Positions 50,311-63,265 of a stretch of DNA of 64,000 bases are shown here, in pieces. This DNA comes from Sphyrna mokarran (taxonomy: Eukaryota). The notes under the pieces were generated by a model, which ran no database searches, was not told the DNA's origin, and saw nothing but the letters and a program-made list of their open reading frames with translations. Position 1 is the first letter of the stretch. Every line of letters starts with the position of its first letter. The position numbers and the translations under genes are program-made. The stretch spans positions 50,902,001 to 50,966,000 of the forward strand of contig JAGIQG010000004.1 in NCBI GenBank assembly GCA_024679065.1, written 5' to 3'.

Positions 50311-52544
50311 TACATAAATGCAAGTATGTGTTCGTCTAGCCAACATTGACACATTATGATCAGCATCGACGAACCACAAACTTGGAAAATTATCTCTGTT
50401 CATGAAAGAATTGACCTTTTTGTGGGTTCAAGTTAGTTTAAGTTAATAATACCTGGAACCTATCTGGTAAAATCCAGGACATGAGATCCTAGCATTAAGT
50501 TAATGGTTGATGTGACTTACTGATGAGCTGGTCCAGATGGTATGGCTTTGAAAGGATGAGTGTTGCTATTTGTTTCTGAAGTTGCTGTGAATTTGTTAGA
50601 ACTTTTCACACATTTAGGTCCTGTTAAGGGATGGGAGTTGTGGATTTTATTTAAGGACTGCTTTTCATTCTGACTTTTTTGAACAGACTGGGTCATTGCA
50701 CCAAACGTCACTCACTTAGGAATCAATTTCCTGATTTGTTCTGGGCTGTCATAAACACGGAGGGGAGTTCATTCAGGAAGCTTCATCCAGATTTTAGGTC
50801 TTCTGGGTTTCTGTTATCCTTCTAAGCGGGACTGCACCTGGATAAATCCCCCATCCATTTGACCAGCAAACCCACGTCAACAGCTTCTGACTCTGGTGAT
50901 GGATTTCATCTAGGTAGTAATCAGCAGGCTAAGATTTCTAGCTATCTAGAAAATTATATTTTCTCATGAGGAAGTACTCTGCTCAACAGTGTTGCATTTA
51001 TTGGCCCAATAGCCCATATTGAATTGGGCAAGTTTAAACAATAAGAGTCTTGAACCTTTCTTCGAATCACAGATGATATTTTCACTTGAGAGAGTGCTTT
51101 ATTTACAACCATCAAGTGCCCCAGGGTTGGACATTCTGTGTTGCATTAGCTGAACATTTGTATTAGATCACAATATCCATGACATAATGTCTTGTAGTTT
51201 CCATTATCTTTAGGAAAAATCGCTGGTCACTGGGACAGTTTGACACTTATTTATCAGGCATAGATGTTTGAGAATGAATTTTAGCTCAGCTATTCAATAA
51301 AATAATTTCAGAATTTTGTTTTCAAGTTGTCTTGCTGTTGGTCTGACTCATTCTTCCCCACCCCTCCCTGTTCCAGCTTGCTCACTTCAATGGGGCTATC
51401 AAGGAGAATATTCTAGTCAATTTCAGAGGAGCTCTTGAGAAAACTAAGTGGATGGGAGTGAATCTGAACCTTAAACTTGCAAACCCAGTTTTAGGAAGTA
51501 ATGCAATTATGTTTAACTGGCGAGCACTCAGTGGCACAACACCTCTGGCTGCTGAACATTAAGCCATAATGGAGTTTATGTTGTAAAAACTAGTCTGAGA
51601 ATATTCCTACAATGAGGAGGCCCGTAGCCAGAATTGTATCCAGCTGAGATTTTACACCAAATATGTTTCAAGCTAGATGGAACGTCGCTTATCCCATTTC
51701 TGACGGGTACTGAAGCTTATCTTGATGCTGTGTTCCACTATCAACATATTTATGATATGTAAATGCCAATTGGAATCAAGCATTGAAATTATTTTCCAAT
51801 CTGGAGAACAGATACCTGAAGTATAGTCCACACTTCCCAATATCGAAGAAACTTTGGAACTAGTTATATGTGCCAGTTTAATAAAAACATTGACTGGTCA
51901 GGATCCCAACCTTATCTAAAGGTGACAGAGTGCCCATTTGACAGATTAGTTCAGGTGTCTTAAACCTAGTGAAAGGCCAATTGCACCTGCACAAGTGAAT
52001 AACAACTGGATACCAATTGAATAACAAGTGGATTGAAGGTGGTGGAAAGTAAAAAAAAAGGCAGAGTGTGAAACAAGTGACTGATTCAATCCTGTCAATT
52101 ATCCACAGGCTAGGTTCAAATTACACCCCCACACCCCCCAACTTTTCAGTGAAGACACAGAAGATGTCGCAATTAGATTTCACAAGCCTTATATGGCCCC
52201 ATTTTCTTCCAGTGGGAAACATTGAAGCGACTGTTAAAATGACTGGAGTTTAATTGCACAATCTTGATAGTTGAAAAATGGATGATAAAAACAGAATATT
52301 GTTCACAGATCATAGGAGGGGAAAGGTGAAGGTTGATATTCAAAATGCTTTCCAACCACATGTAACATGTAGAGTAAGCTGTGTTAACAGTGTTTTGTTA
52401 CTTCATTAGTTTAGGATTTTAACAATGTTGAGTGCCACAATACAATGGAACTTGTGTAGGTGGTATAATGTGTTAACCTAGCAGCCTGCTATTTTGCAGT
52501 GCATTCGAAGGATTTAGTACATTCACTCTGGTTATGCACAAGAC

Positions 52545-52905
52545 CAGCTCTCCACTATCCCTATTAATGATCTGCGTGAAGGCATCAGACGAACTGTCAA
52601 CAAGTTCATGGATGATGCCCAAACTCGTACGAGTATTTGCACTTTGGTTGAGGAGAAAAGATCATAGTTAGATCTCGATGCATTATGATGAATGGATTGA
52701 ATGTTGTCAAAATGCAATGCAGAAAAATGTAGCTTTAACATGTAGCTTAAGCTAATACCAAACGTATACTGTACTATGCAGGGCTATACCTGAGTCTGTT
52801 GATTGAGAAAGAGATTTAGGTGTTGTATTGCATATATCACTATGTATTTGTGATCAGTTTTGCAAGGCTGTAATGAAGGCTAACAAAGTACTGGAGTGCT
52901 GGGAA
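52545..52905 (+). mobile_element. Old CR1 RT fragment
   Basis: INDLREGIRRTVNKFMDDAQ (INDL...KFADDTK motif) and downstream aatgcagaaaaatgt and gagaaagagatttaggtgt motifs. Confidence 0.65.
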
Positions 52906-55250
52906 TATATTGAACAATATATTCTAAACTGTGTTCCTTTGCTTCTTTGAAGCCTTGCAAATGAGAGGCCAAGCAACAAATATAGACTAGCCTTTGAATC
53001 TTTGTCCACACCTATTTACAAATCTTTATGCCTTTTCATGATTGAAGCCATCTTAAAATCCTCAGCCTAAAGGGAGTCTCTCTGGCCACCAGAAAGAGCT
53101 GCTAGCTTTAAGTTCTAATTTTTAATGCAGCATGATTCATCTTAACTGCTTCAGAGAGGAAAACCAGATTGTGTTGAGGTGAAACCCTGTTTTTGCCATT
53201 TGTCAGACTGTCAAAACCTTTTAGTGGGCACAGGGCATTAATATTCACTCCTGCATCAGAAAAATCTGGGGCAGCCATTCCTGGAGTGAATGAGGATTAC
53301 ACACTTCTATTTTATTTATTGATGCAGATCTTGGTTAGGTCTTGGTTAAAAATACCAATGAAGATTAGCATGGTTACAGTTGGATAATCATCCTCCTGCT
53401 ACATTCGTTTTCATAAGTGCCTACAATTGTCTTGTGTACTCTGCAAAAACAGAAAGTCTATATGATGGATAACAATGGGATATTAACCTTATTTTAAGAC
53501 TGAAAGAACTTCACAACTAAAATGTATTGAGTCCCAAGTTAGTTATAAGAAGCTTTTCTATGCGTGGAATAGATTTGACATGCTGGATCGTGTTTATCGA
53601 TCATCTCTGTCCAAAGTATCAAGATGTCTTCAGAGGGCATTTTATTTATTGTTAATTCAACTGATTTAGCACTAGGTTCCTGAGAAACGCTAAATGCTAA
53701 ACCTCTAAGTCAAGGAGCTACCTCTCTTCAACCTCAGTCACACCATTGAGCTTTTAGTTTATGTATATAGTTCTGCTTTGTCGATAATAAACCTCCAATC
53801 AATACTTCACTTTCTATCCTTCCCATTTTTCTTTTTTTCTACAAATTTTAGTTTCTTTTTAAACCTTGATTATAGGTGAGCAAAAAATATAAAGTTACAT
53901 TGTCTAGCTGGCACTCCAATGTTTAAAAAGACAACTCAATCATTTTATACCAACTTTCCAGCTAAATTTGTGTTTAAATTATGAAAGGGGTACAGACAGC
54001 ATATGAAGAAAACCATTGCCTAAAATGTATGTTCAAATGGGAATGATAGGAAATCCTATTCTATAAACTGCAGGCCAAGGCTTTTTACTTAGGGCATTGG
54101 ACACTGGTCTAATATTGTCGCAGCCATTTAAAATGTGTAATATTAGTGTGTAGAGTATTTTCAACTATATCTTGTAAATTATATATCCTCTGTGTCTTAG
54201 TATTTTACAAATCTTTATTTCTCTCAGTAAGTTCTTAGTTTGAGGGAAAGCGAAGATGGCAGCAAGAAAAATTTAAAATAAAAGCGCCTTTATTGGTAAC
54301 TTATTGCCATTCCTTGAAGATGAACTTTGGTCAAATCAGTTGCCACGTTTATACCTGTGAGATCTAGGACATCATGTTAAAGTTATGATGTGGCACACAT
54401 TTGGTAACAAAAATCATGTATATTAGATGTTTTATATAATAGCCCTAGCCCAGGGTTTTCAGTGCTCTGAGGTCTACATGCCCCTTCCCACTATTCTGCC
54501 GGTCCAGGTCCTCCTTCCCTCCTCCTACTAACTTGATCTTGATCACCTGGCATCTGTGGTTTGGGGCAGGAAGTCAGAAATCAGTTGAAGGGAAGGAAAG
54601 AGAAATGTCATGACTTCTATGTTACATCAACCATACTCTGTCAGTTCTAAAGCACTTTGGAACATCCTGAAGTCACAAAAGACTCCAGATCAATCCATGT
54701 GCACAAGGTGGATCAAAGGTGTGTTCAACAAGATGAGGGGTACAGTAAAAAAAGATGGGACGAGGCTCTTGTGGACCTGGCAGCAATGAGACTGGGAGAC
54801 TTTAGGAAAAAAAAGTCAACAGAAAATCAAATTTGACAATTGTAAAGAAATTGCAATTTGCCAATGTCAATGTTCTCCCATTGTTAATATTCTAAGCCTC
54901 TAATATTTCGACACTGTGACTAAAGAAAAGAGTCAGATGGCCTGGACAGTGGGGATAGTTTCTGGGAGAGAAGAAAAACTAGAAAGTATTGCTAGGATGA
55001 TATGAAGCAAGTAGAGTGAGCGGAGGTTTATGTGGAGCATAAATGCCAGCATAGAACAGCTGGGCTGAATAGATTTTATGGGCTAATCTTACCGAAAAAA
55101 TGACAAAGTTTGTTCCCTGCAAGAAAACCAGCACATTTCTTCTCTGAGAAACCAGTGGATTTTTCTCTAGATCTTACAATACTGTGCCAAAACAAAATGG
55201 AAAGGTGGGGGGAGGTGTGATTCATGTCATCATTCATGATGCTGTGCTAA

Positions 55251-56655
55251 GGGGCAGTCAGTAAGTAGTCTCACAACACTAAGTTAAAATCCAATAGGTT
55301 TATTTTGGAAACACAAGCTTTCGGAGTACTGCCCCCTCATCAGGTAAGTATAGGATTTGTTTCACAAACAGGGCAAATATAGAAACAAACTCAATTACAA
55401 TGTAATGGTTGGAATGCGAGCCTGAACAAATAATCAAGTCATTACAAGTGCAGACAATATGAGTGGAGAGAGGATTAAACACAGCTTATGGAAATGTGAA
55501 TTGTCTCAAGCAAGGAAAGTTAGTGAGATTTTGCAAGCCCAGGCAAGTTATGGGGGGGGTCACAGATAGTGTGGCACAAACCCAAGACCCTGGTTGCAGC
55601 CACATTTTGTGTGGAACTTATCAGTTTCTGCTCAGCAATTCTGCGTTGTCATGTGACGTGAAGGTCGCCTTGGAAAACGCTTACCTGAAGATCAGAGGCT
55701 GAATGCCCTTGATTGCTGAAGTGTTCCGCGACAGGAAGAGAACACTCTTGCCTGGTGATTGTCAAGCAGTGTCCATTCATCCATTGTTGTAGCATCTGCA
55801 TGGTCTTGCCAATGTACAATGCTTCCCAACATCCTTTCCTACAGCATATCAGTTAGACAATGTTGGCTGAGTCACAAGAATATGTACTGTATACCTAGTG
55901 AATGGTGAATCATGTGAGATGATGGCATCCATGTCAATGATTCAGCATGTCTTGCAGAGGTTCTGTGGCAGGGTTGTGTGGTGTTGTAGTCACTTTTTTC
56001 CTAAAGGCTGGGTAGTTTGCTGCATACAGTGGTCTGTTTGAGATTGTGTGGTTTTTTGAAGGCAAGTAGTGGTGATGTGGGGATGACCTTGGCGAGATGT
56101 TCATTGTCATTGGTGACATGTTGAAGGCTCCGGAAAAGATGTCGTAGCCTCTCCGCCCCAGGGAATACTGGACAATGGAGGGTGCTCTGTGTGCTGTGTC
56201 CCGTGGTTGTCTTCTGAGAAGATCTATGGCACATCGGAACTGTCGATCAATGAGTTGAGCACCATACCCTATGTGTAGGTGTCTGTTGCGATCCTCCTCC
56301 TCTGAGCAGATCCTGTTTATATGGAGGACTTGTTCATAGAGGATGGCTTCTTTAACATGTTTAGGTTGGAAGCTGGAGAAGTGGAGCATCGTGAGGTTAT
56401 GGGCTTGCAGTACAGTGACCACCCTTGATGGAGATGTGTGTGTCCAAGAACGCAGTTGATTCTGGAGATAATCCATGGTGAGTCTGATGGTGGGATGGAA
56501 CTTGTCAATATCATCGTGTAGTAGTTTTAGTGATCGTTCGCCATGAGTTCAAATGAAGAAAGTGTCATCAATGAATCTAATGTTGCATCGGTTGAAGATC
56601 CTATGCTGAAGAAGTCTTGTTCGAACCAGTGCATGAAAATGTTGGCACATTGGTC
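55251..56655 (-). mobile_element. Penelope-like element, 5'-truncated (RT C-terminal half, GIY-YIG, pseudo-LTR)
   Basis: ANIFMHWFEQDFF and IDDTFFI RT motifs, MLHFSSFQPKHVKEAILYEQVLHINRICSEE, PLLAFKKPHNLKQ; GIY-YIG region homologous to 45580-45860. Confidence 0.9.
55312..55346 (-). ncRNA. Minimal type I hammerhead ribozyme motif, intact core
   Basis: Minus strand UAC-CUGAUGA-GGGGG cagua CUCC-GAAA-GCUU-GUG: canonical CUGAUGA/GAAA, stem II GGGG/CUCC, palindromic AGCU, triplet CUU, stem I UAC/GUG. Confidence 0.75.
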
Positions 56656-57282
56656 CCTAGGGTCAGTATTAAGAGACGTTGCCAGACCACTACTTGGTCA
56701 TGTCCCTTTCTGCTAGGGGCTATACTTTAAGCTCCCAGGGAGACCCCCACGATGCAAACCTATTGTAAACCACGGCAACGTGACGTCACAACGGTGTGTT
56801 GTCAACATACAGGAAGAAAACTTGTTAATCATATTTAAATACATTCAATTACATGTAAATCAGGTTCATGCCCATTGTGGCCAGTGACAGTGGAGAAGAT
56901 CCGAAATCACATTCCCACCTATGAGAACTGCATTGTTTGGATTTCGAGCTCCTGCAACCTCACAGATAATAAACACAGGCTCACGATCCCACCTGTGTGT
57001 CTTTCTTCCTTTGACAACTCTTACAACCAAGAATTTATTGATGACAACAGGTAAAAACTTGTGACATTTTCTGTTATTCAGACTGTGTTTGAAGTCTGAT
57101 ATCTCAGTCTCTTTCCCACTCAGGCAACGTATAAGTGGTAGTCTTGCTTCAAACTGCTCATATATTCTCTGCTTTGTTGCCAAATATCTGTACTCTCCAG
57201 TTACTAATCTTCCTACTATTGGAACAGTTGCTCCTTAAGCACTCTATCTAAAGTCCAACATTCATACCTTCCCCCCACCCCC

Positions 57283-57317
57283 CGTGCGCGCGCGCGTACA
57301 CACACACACACACACAC
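57283..57317. repeat. (CG)n(CA)n alternating purine-pyrimidine tract
   Basis: cgtgcgcgcgcgcgtacacacacacacacacacac, 35 bp of uninterrupted alternation. Confidence 0.9.
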
Positions 57318-57929
57318 CAGAGAACATTGCTTTAAAATGTCCCAGAATAGTGATTTTCCTGGCATTATATATCTCTACCTTTAGGATGAAAAGCTTATTT
57401 CAGAAGTTGCCAACTCCGGACTATGAACTGACTTTGCATGGATGAACTCGTCCGATGGTAATACAGAGTATGTCAAATGGAAATGAACAGACATTTCTTC
57501 TGCAGCTCCGTTATGTGGAGTATAGAACAAGATGCGTACAGTCATCTGTGTAGTGGATGTCTTGTTTACTCAGTACAGAAAGTGAGGCTGCAGCATTAGA
57601 GGGGAAGAGGAGAAAATAAGAGAAATGGGGATGATCTCAATGGTTGGTAAGGTGTTGAAAGTTGTAGCTTTGTTAACCTACATCCTGTGACATTAACTTG
57701 AATTCCATACAGTGATCATTACATATAAACTGCAACTTAGCGCCACTGGGACAGCCGATACATCATCCTGCTGAATATATCCAGGAACTGCCCACAGCCC
57801 TCCCTCAGGACTCTGCACGCACTGAGGGATGAGGGGGAAGGTATGAATGTTGGACTTAGTAGAATCTCTTGATGATTGGCATGCTTCTTGGTTGTTACCA
57901 GCTAATAAATTCCAAGTGGGTGTATGCGG

Positions 57930-59318
57930 ACTTGTGGATTGGACAGACACATGACAGATGAAGTTTAATGAGAGAATTGTGATGTGACACATTTTGGTAG
58001 GAAGAATATATGTAACTGAAGGGTACAATTCTAAAGATGGTGTTGGAAGAGACAGATCTAAGAGTAAATGTGTGCAGATTGTCGAAGTCGGCAGTGCACG
58101 TTGAGAAAATGTTTAGAAATATACTCTCAAAAAACAGGATTGTGGGCTTTATAAGTAAGAACAAAGAACAAAAGAAGGTAGAGCACGGGAAGAGGCCCTT
58201 TGGCCCACCAAGTCTGTGCTCATCATGGTGCACTAAACTAGAAAATAAAAACCTCAGCCTTCTTTTGGGCCATATTCCTTTATTTCCTTCCTATTCACGT
58301 ACTCGTCCAGATGCCTCTTAAATGTTGCTAATGTACCTGCTTCCACCATGTCCTCTGGCAGCACATTCCAGGCACCTATCATTCTGCATGAAAAACTTCC
58401 CCTTCACATCTTTCTTAAACTTGCCTTTCTCACCTTGAATCTGTGGCTCCTTGTAATTGACATTTCCCCCCGCCACCTAGGAAAAAGCCTCTGACTATCC
58501 ACCCTGTCTATACCTCTGAATATCCACCTTGTCCAAGCCCCTCATAATTTTGTAGACCTCTATCAGGTCACTCCTCAGCCTCTGCCTTTCTTAATCCTAA
58601 TTTATTCAACCTCTCCTTATAGCTAACATTCTCGAGACCAGGCAACATCTTCGTGAACCTTTTTTGCACTCTCTGCAAAGCTTCCACATTTTTCTGATAA
58701 TATAGTGACCAGACTGCATGCAATTCTTCAAATAAAATATAAAATAGGGGCATAGCATACAAAAGCAAGAATGTTATGATGAACCTGTACAGATACTGGT
58801 TTGTCCTTAACTGGGATGTTATGTCCAGTTCGGGGTACTGCACTATAGGAAGGATGTGAAAGCCTTTGTGGGGATTTATTGGAACGATTCAAGGGATGAG
58901 TGACTTCAGTGAAGTGGTTAAGTTGGAGAAGCTGGGGTTGTTCTCATCAGAAAAGAGAGGGTTGAGAGGAGATCAAAATGTTCAAAATTGTGTCGAGATG
59001 GAAAAATTGTTCTTATTGGCAGAAAGATCTAGAAGCAGAAAACAGATATAAGGTGATTAGCAAAAGATCCAGTGGTGACAGGAGGAAAAATATTTTTACA
59101 CAGTGAGTGGTTATAAACTACAATGTACTGATGGAAAAGGTGATGGAGACAGGTTTAATTTTAGCTCTCAAGAGGGAATCAGATGATTCTCGGAGGAAAA
59201 CATTTGCAGGACTAACACTAAGGAGTGGAATTAGCTGGATTGCTCTTGCAGAGAATGGTGCAAACTAGATGGGATGAATGTCCTCCTTCTGAGGTGTAAC
59301 CATTCTATGAATCTATTG
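57930..59318 (+). mobile_element. CR1 3' part, split by an antisense CR1
   Basis: gacagatgaagtttaatg...cattttggtaggaagaat; resumes at about 58740 (KSKNVMMNLYRY, LEKLGLFSSEKRGLRGD) and runs to a ttctatga tail. Confidence 0.85.
58158..58733 (-). mobile_element. CR1 3' fragment nested in opposite orientation
   Basis: WSLYYQKNVEALQRVQKRFTKMLPGLENVSYKERLNKLGL; tail agaacaaagaac at 58158. Confidence 0.88.
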
Positions 59319-61047
59319 TTTGTTCATCTGTGATTGAAGAAGCCCAGAAGAATTCATGGTGACTGAGATATTGATAGGATTGAACACAACATTTCTGGTC
59401 AATTGCTATGGCGATTTTAGCCAACATATAAGATTTGTTTTTGAGCCAAGATGGGCAACTCCAGTGGTGCTCATTCAAAATTTAAACTGATTTCTTCTCC
59501 ATCTATTAACCATTCCGCTAGTAAGGAGAGGCATAAAGAACAGACTTTCACAAAGGAGCCTCTGGCAAGAATCTGCCCTCTTAATCCTTTCTAAGCAATC
59601 TGGTGAATGCCAGTGCAGCTCAGACCCTACTCAGAATTTGTAAAGTTGAGTTCAGTTTCCAGCCGAAGATGTGTGGTAACTGCAGGTACCCCCGTAGTGC
59701 AAGCTGCAGGATATTCAAGCACATGAGTCATGTGAGCAAGAAGCACCAGCTGGCTGGCCAACCTGAGGGCATCCCCAGTGTGGGAGATAGGCAATGTAAT
59801 AGATTACATGATTAATTAGGAGGACATTGAATGAGAAAAGCTTGGAGTAGGGGAGACCCAGAGTTTGCTTGTGGGACCCTTGGAGCCCTATTTCTCACAA
59901 ATATTGGAAAATAGTTTTACATGGTAGATAATGTTGGGGAGGAATCCGTAGATATAAAACAGGACCCCTACTGCTGGCTCAGTAGATTTTAATGAACTAC
60001 TTAAAATCCTGACTGGGGGGGAGGCTGTGGGATTGGAGGAGGCCAAGTTGCCACTATAATTTTCATTGCCTGCATTCCACTGGGGAGGCAGTGTTAACAT
60101 CAGGCCCTTGTGGATAGAATAAGAGAGCACTCTAAGTCACCCACAGTAAAAGGTCTCTTTAAAAGGTGGCAGCAAGAAATAAATCATTTTGCAGTCATTC
60201 CAGTGTGACAGAGGCCTCATTTGCAAGGACACAGAATTCAGCTGCAGCATCTTGCACATTATGCTTGAGTTTTAGTTAAAGGGACGAAACGGGGACTGTG
60301 TCAGTTGTGGAGATTTCACAGCTTCCAAATTATTTTGAAATAGATAATATTTCATGTTCATTATATACTATGAATGGGAATAAAGAGGTTATGTACAAAA
60401 AGAATCACAAAACAATCTAGACCAATATCTGCTGTATCAGCCTGTGTCAATCAATGTACAATGCAGGTGTGACCAGAATGTTAAGTATACTTCTGTTCTT
60501 CACTGCTTTAGAGTTTTCTTTGGGCTTTCTAGTACATCTCGGTGGTTACTGTGGCATATTTTGCTTCTAAATGTCTAATCCATATTACACATTTTAATTC
60601 TTTCACAGGATGTAGGTATGTCCCTGGCTCACGGCATTTAGAGCATATATTGCCCATTCCTGATTGCAATTATAATAGCAATCTCTTCAAACTTCATATC
60701 CTCACTTAGACCTTTGGCAAATTTGTCTGTGTCCTGCTTCTAATTAGACTAGAACTATCTTTGGAATATCTAACTCCCTTCTCCAATTGCAGTGTTGAAA
60801 TATTGCAGGTTTAGACTATTCATAGTGGATGAAGGGCTCAAATTTCAAACTTTGTATACTTGTCAATTTTCATTTTCTGGTAATTTCTGCGTATGAATCA
60901 AAATCTTCTGGGGTTCATACTGCCAAGGCCTTAAGTTAGGGCTTGGATCACCTTTTAGTTCTGCTATTACATGACTTAATTCAGTGTTAATGTAACAGCA
61001 ACTTCATAACTGACGCCTGTCCTAACTTGCCCTATGTCCATGAAATC

Positions 61048-61262
61048 CATAGAATGCCTACAGTGCAGAAGGAGGCCATTCAGCCTGTTGAACCTCCATC
61101 GACAACAATCCTACACAGGCCCTATCCCCATAATCTCACCTATTTACCCCGTTAATCCACTTGACATTAAGGGGCAATTTTAGCATGTCCAATCAATCTA
61201 ACCCACACACCTTTTGGACTGTGGGAGGGAACCTGAGCACCCAAAGGAAAGCCATACAGACA
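61048..61262 (-). mobile_element. HE1-like SINE, 5'-truncated
   Basis: catagaatgcctacagtgcagaaggaggccatt...gggcaattttagcatg...ggactgtgggagg. Confidence 0.85.
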
Positions 61263-62049
61263 GCAACTTAGCCTTAAACCGAATCCCAATTACACTCCAG
61301 GAATGCAATTCTTTGTGCTTTACACGGTGTAATGTTCCTATCCTAATACTGACTTTGACTGACTTTTTGTGAGCAATACCACAAGAGATCAGCTAACAAA
61401 TTAATATGTGGTGAAAAAGTTGGTTGGCTTTCATTCTCTTCCAACTGTTTTTTTTAATTGTGTTGCCCATTTATTTTTAAAAAGTAAAGTTTGAGATGTT
61501 GTGGTAATTGAAAGCTCCGATGTCTGCACTGTGGCACTGAGAGGCAAATTTGATTCCAGCACATCATCTAAGTAGCTGATCTTGGCGCGATGTTGTGGAG
61601 AGACACACGGGTGAAGATAAGTATCCACAAAGTGGAGGGACGATTGAAGAGAATGGTCTCTTGGTGCTACTGCTCAACCCTTGGTCAGCTCATGGATTAA
61701 GTTACAATCACAGACAATATCTCTTTCAGTGTAAGCTGCAGAATAGCACAGCACAGGGTAAAAAAAAATGAAGCTTTCTCTTGTTCCTATTGCAGCTTAC
61801 GAGAGGCTTATAAATAAATCTTGTGTGACAGCAGAGGAGCGGATCGAATGAGCCTGTTGACAAAGTCACTTCTTTATTGTGAGTGAGCCACGTGTTAGTG
61901 CTCATTCTCCACAGTGTTACTGCCACAGTTCAGATGCACTGGGCACAGCTGTGTGATTGATGCCATGGAGTGCCTTCGCTAGGACAAAGGGCTGCAATTA
62001 GAATCAGGTCATATGACGTCTTTAATAAGTGAGTGGAGCACAAGAGCCT

Positions 62050-63265
62050 CAGCTAGTACCAGGAGTTCTGGGCACAGTAGGAACAATAGGACCAGCATTT
62101 GAAGGGATGAGGAAACTCCAGAATCCTGATCGAGAACAGGATGAGTCTCAGTATGGCAAGGGTTGGGTGGCTTGATAATTACAATATTGGCATACTAGAC
62201 CCCTAAATAGGAGTCATAATTAGCAATCATAAATCGGACCCGTGGATTATTTGGGTAGGTTAACTTGTTCGGTAGGGGTGTTTTCTGCATCGTCCTTGTA
62301 TCCCACCTGATACTGAAAGCATACACTAAAATGTCTAAGGTGAAAGTTAAAGTTAGAATACATCCAACATAAATACAGGTTGCAAACAAGTGAAGCAGAT
62401 GTCAATACAGGTGTGCTGCAGTCAAAAGTTGGGATTCACACTCCTACACAGTGATATCAAAGCCGAACTAATGAGAAGCCTTGGCGCTTAAACCAATCTT
62501 CAAAGTGAAAAGAGAAGCAGCTTGAAGACGTGAATCCATTCTCCAAGAGGGAAGGATATTACTCTGGGTTTCAGCTCCTGACCTCCAGAATGGCTGGATA
62601 TTGTTCTGGGCTCAAACTGTATGGCTGGAGTCACACTGCCCTGGAGATGAACTTGAGTTCAGTTGTGATGTACCCTATTTATATATTTTGTATCATCCAA
62701 TCAGTTAGTAAGATCAAACCAAGCAATCCAATAGGAAAATCGCACCCAGCCTCAGATTTGAATTGAATAGACTTATGCTGAATTTTGATTGTTTGCACAG
62801 GCCCAAATCCCAAATAATTTTGGGTGATGACTGACTTGGAATACTGTCTTACTCCTTCTGCTTTGTATAAAGTGGAAATGAGTTTGGGCCAAGAATGCAT
62901 CTTGATTCTAAACCAGAAAACTGAACTGAGATTTTAACAACTTGGACCAAGAGAAGCGATTTTCCTCTTCCTCCAACCCATGTGGTAATTAATCAAATCT
63001 ATCTGCTGTCTTAGGATGACTTCAGTGACAATAACCAGTGGAAATCCAATAAATGAATAGCAATGTGAAGATTGGATTCAGTCAGGTAAGTGTTAGAAAA
63101 CTGTTAAATATTACGAAGGAAGGACTTACTTTAGTCTCAGGAAATAACTCCTCAGTTAAGATACTGAGACTCATCCCATTCTCGATCGGGATTCTGGAGT
63201 TTCCTCATCCCTCCAAATGATGGTTCTATTGTTCCTACTGTGCCCAGGACTCCTGGTACTAGCTG
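62050..63265. repeat. 105-bp inverted repeat pair enclosing about 1.0 kb
   Basis: 62050-62154 versus the reverse complement of 63161-63265: 7 mismatches, no gaps, by manual alignment. Confidence 0.92.

Noticed and set aside
56781-56788. Second perfect CRE TGACGTCA
   Set aside because: Isolated 8-mer within repeat-like sequence next to the Penelope fragment; about one is expected by chance in 64 kb.
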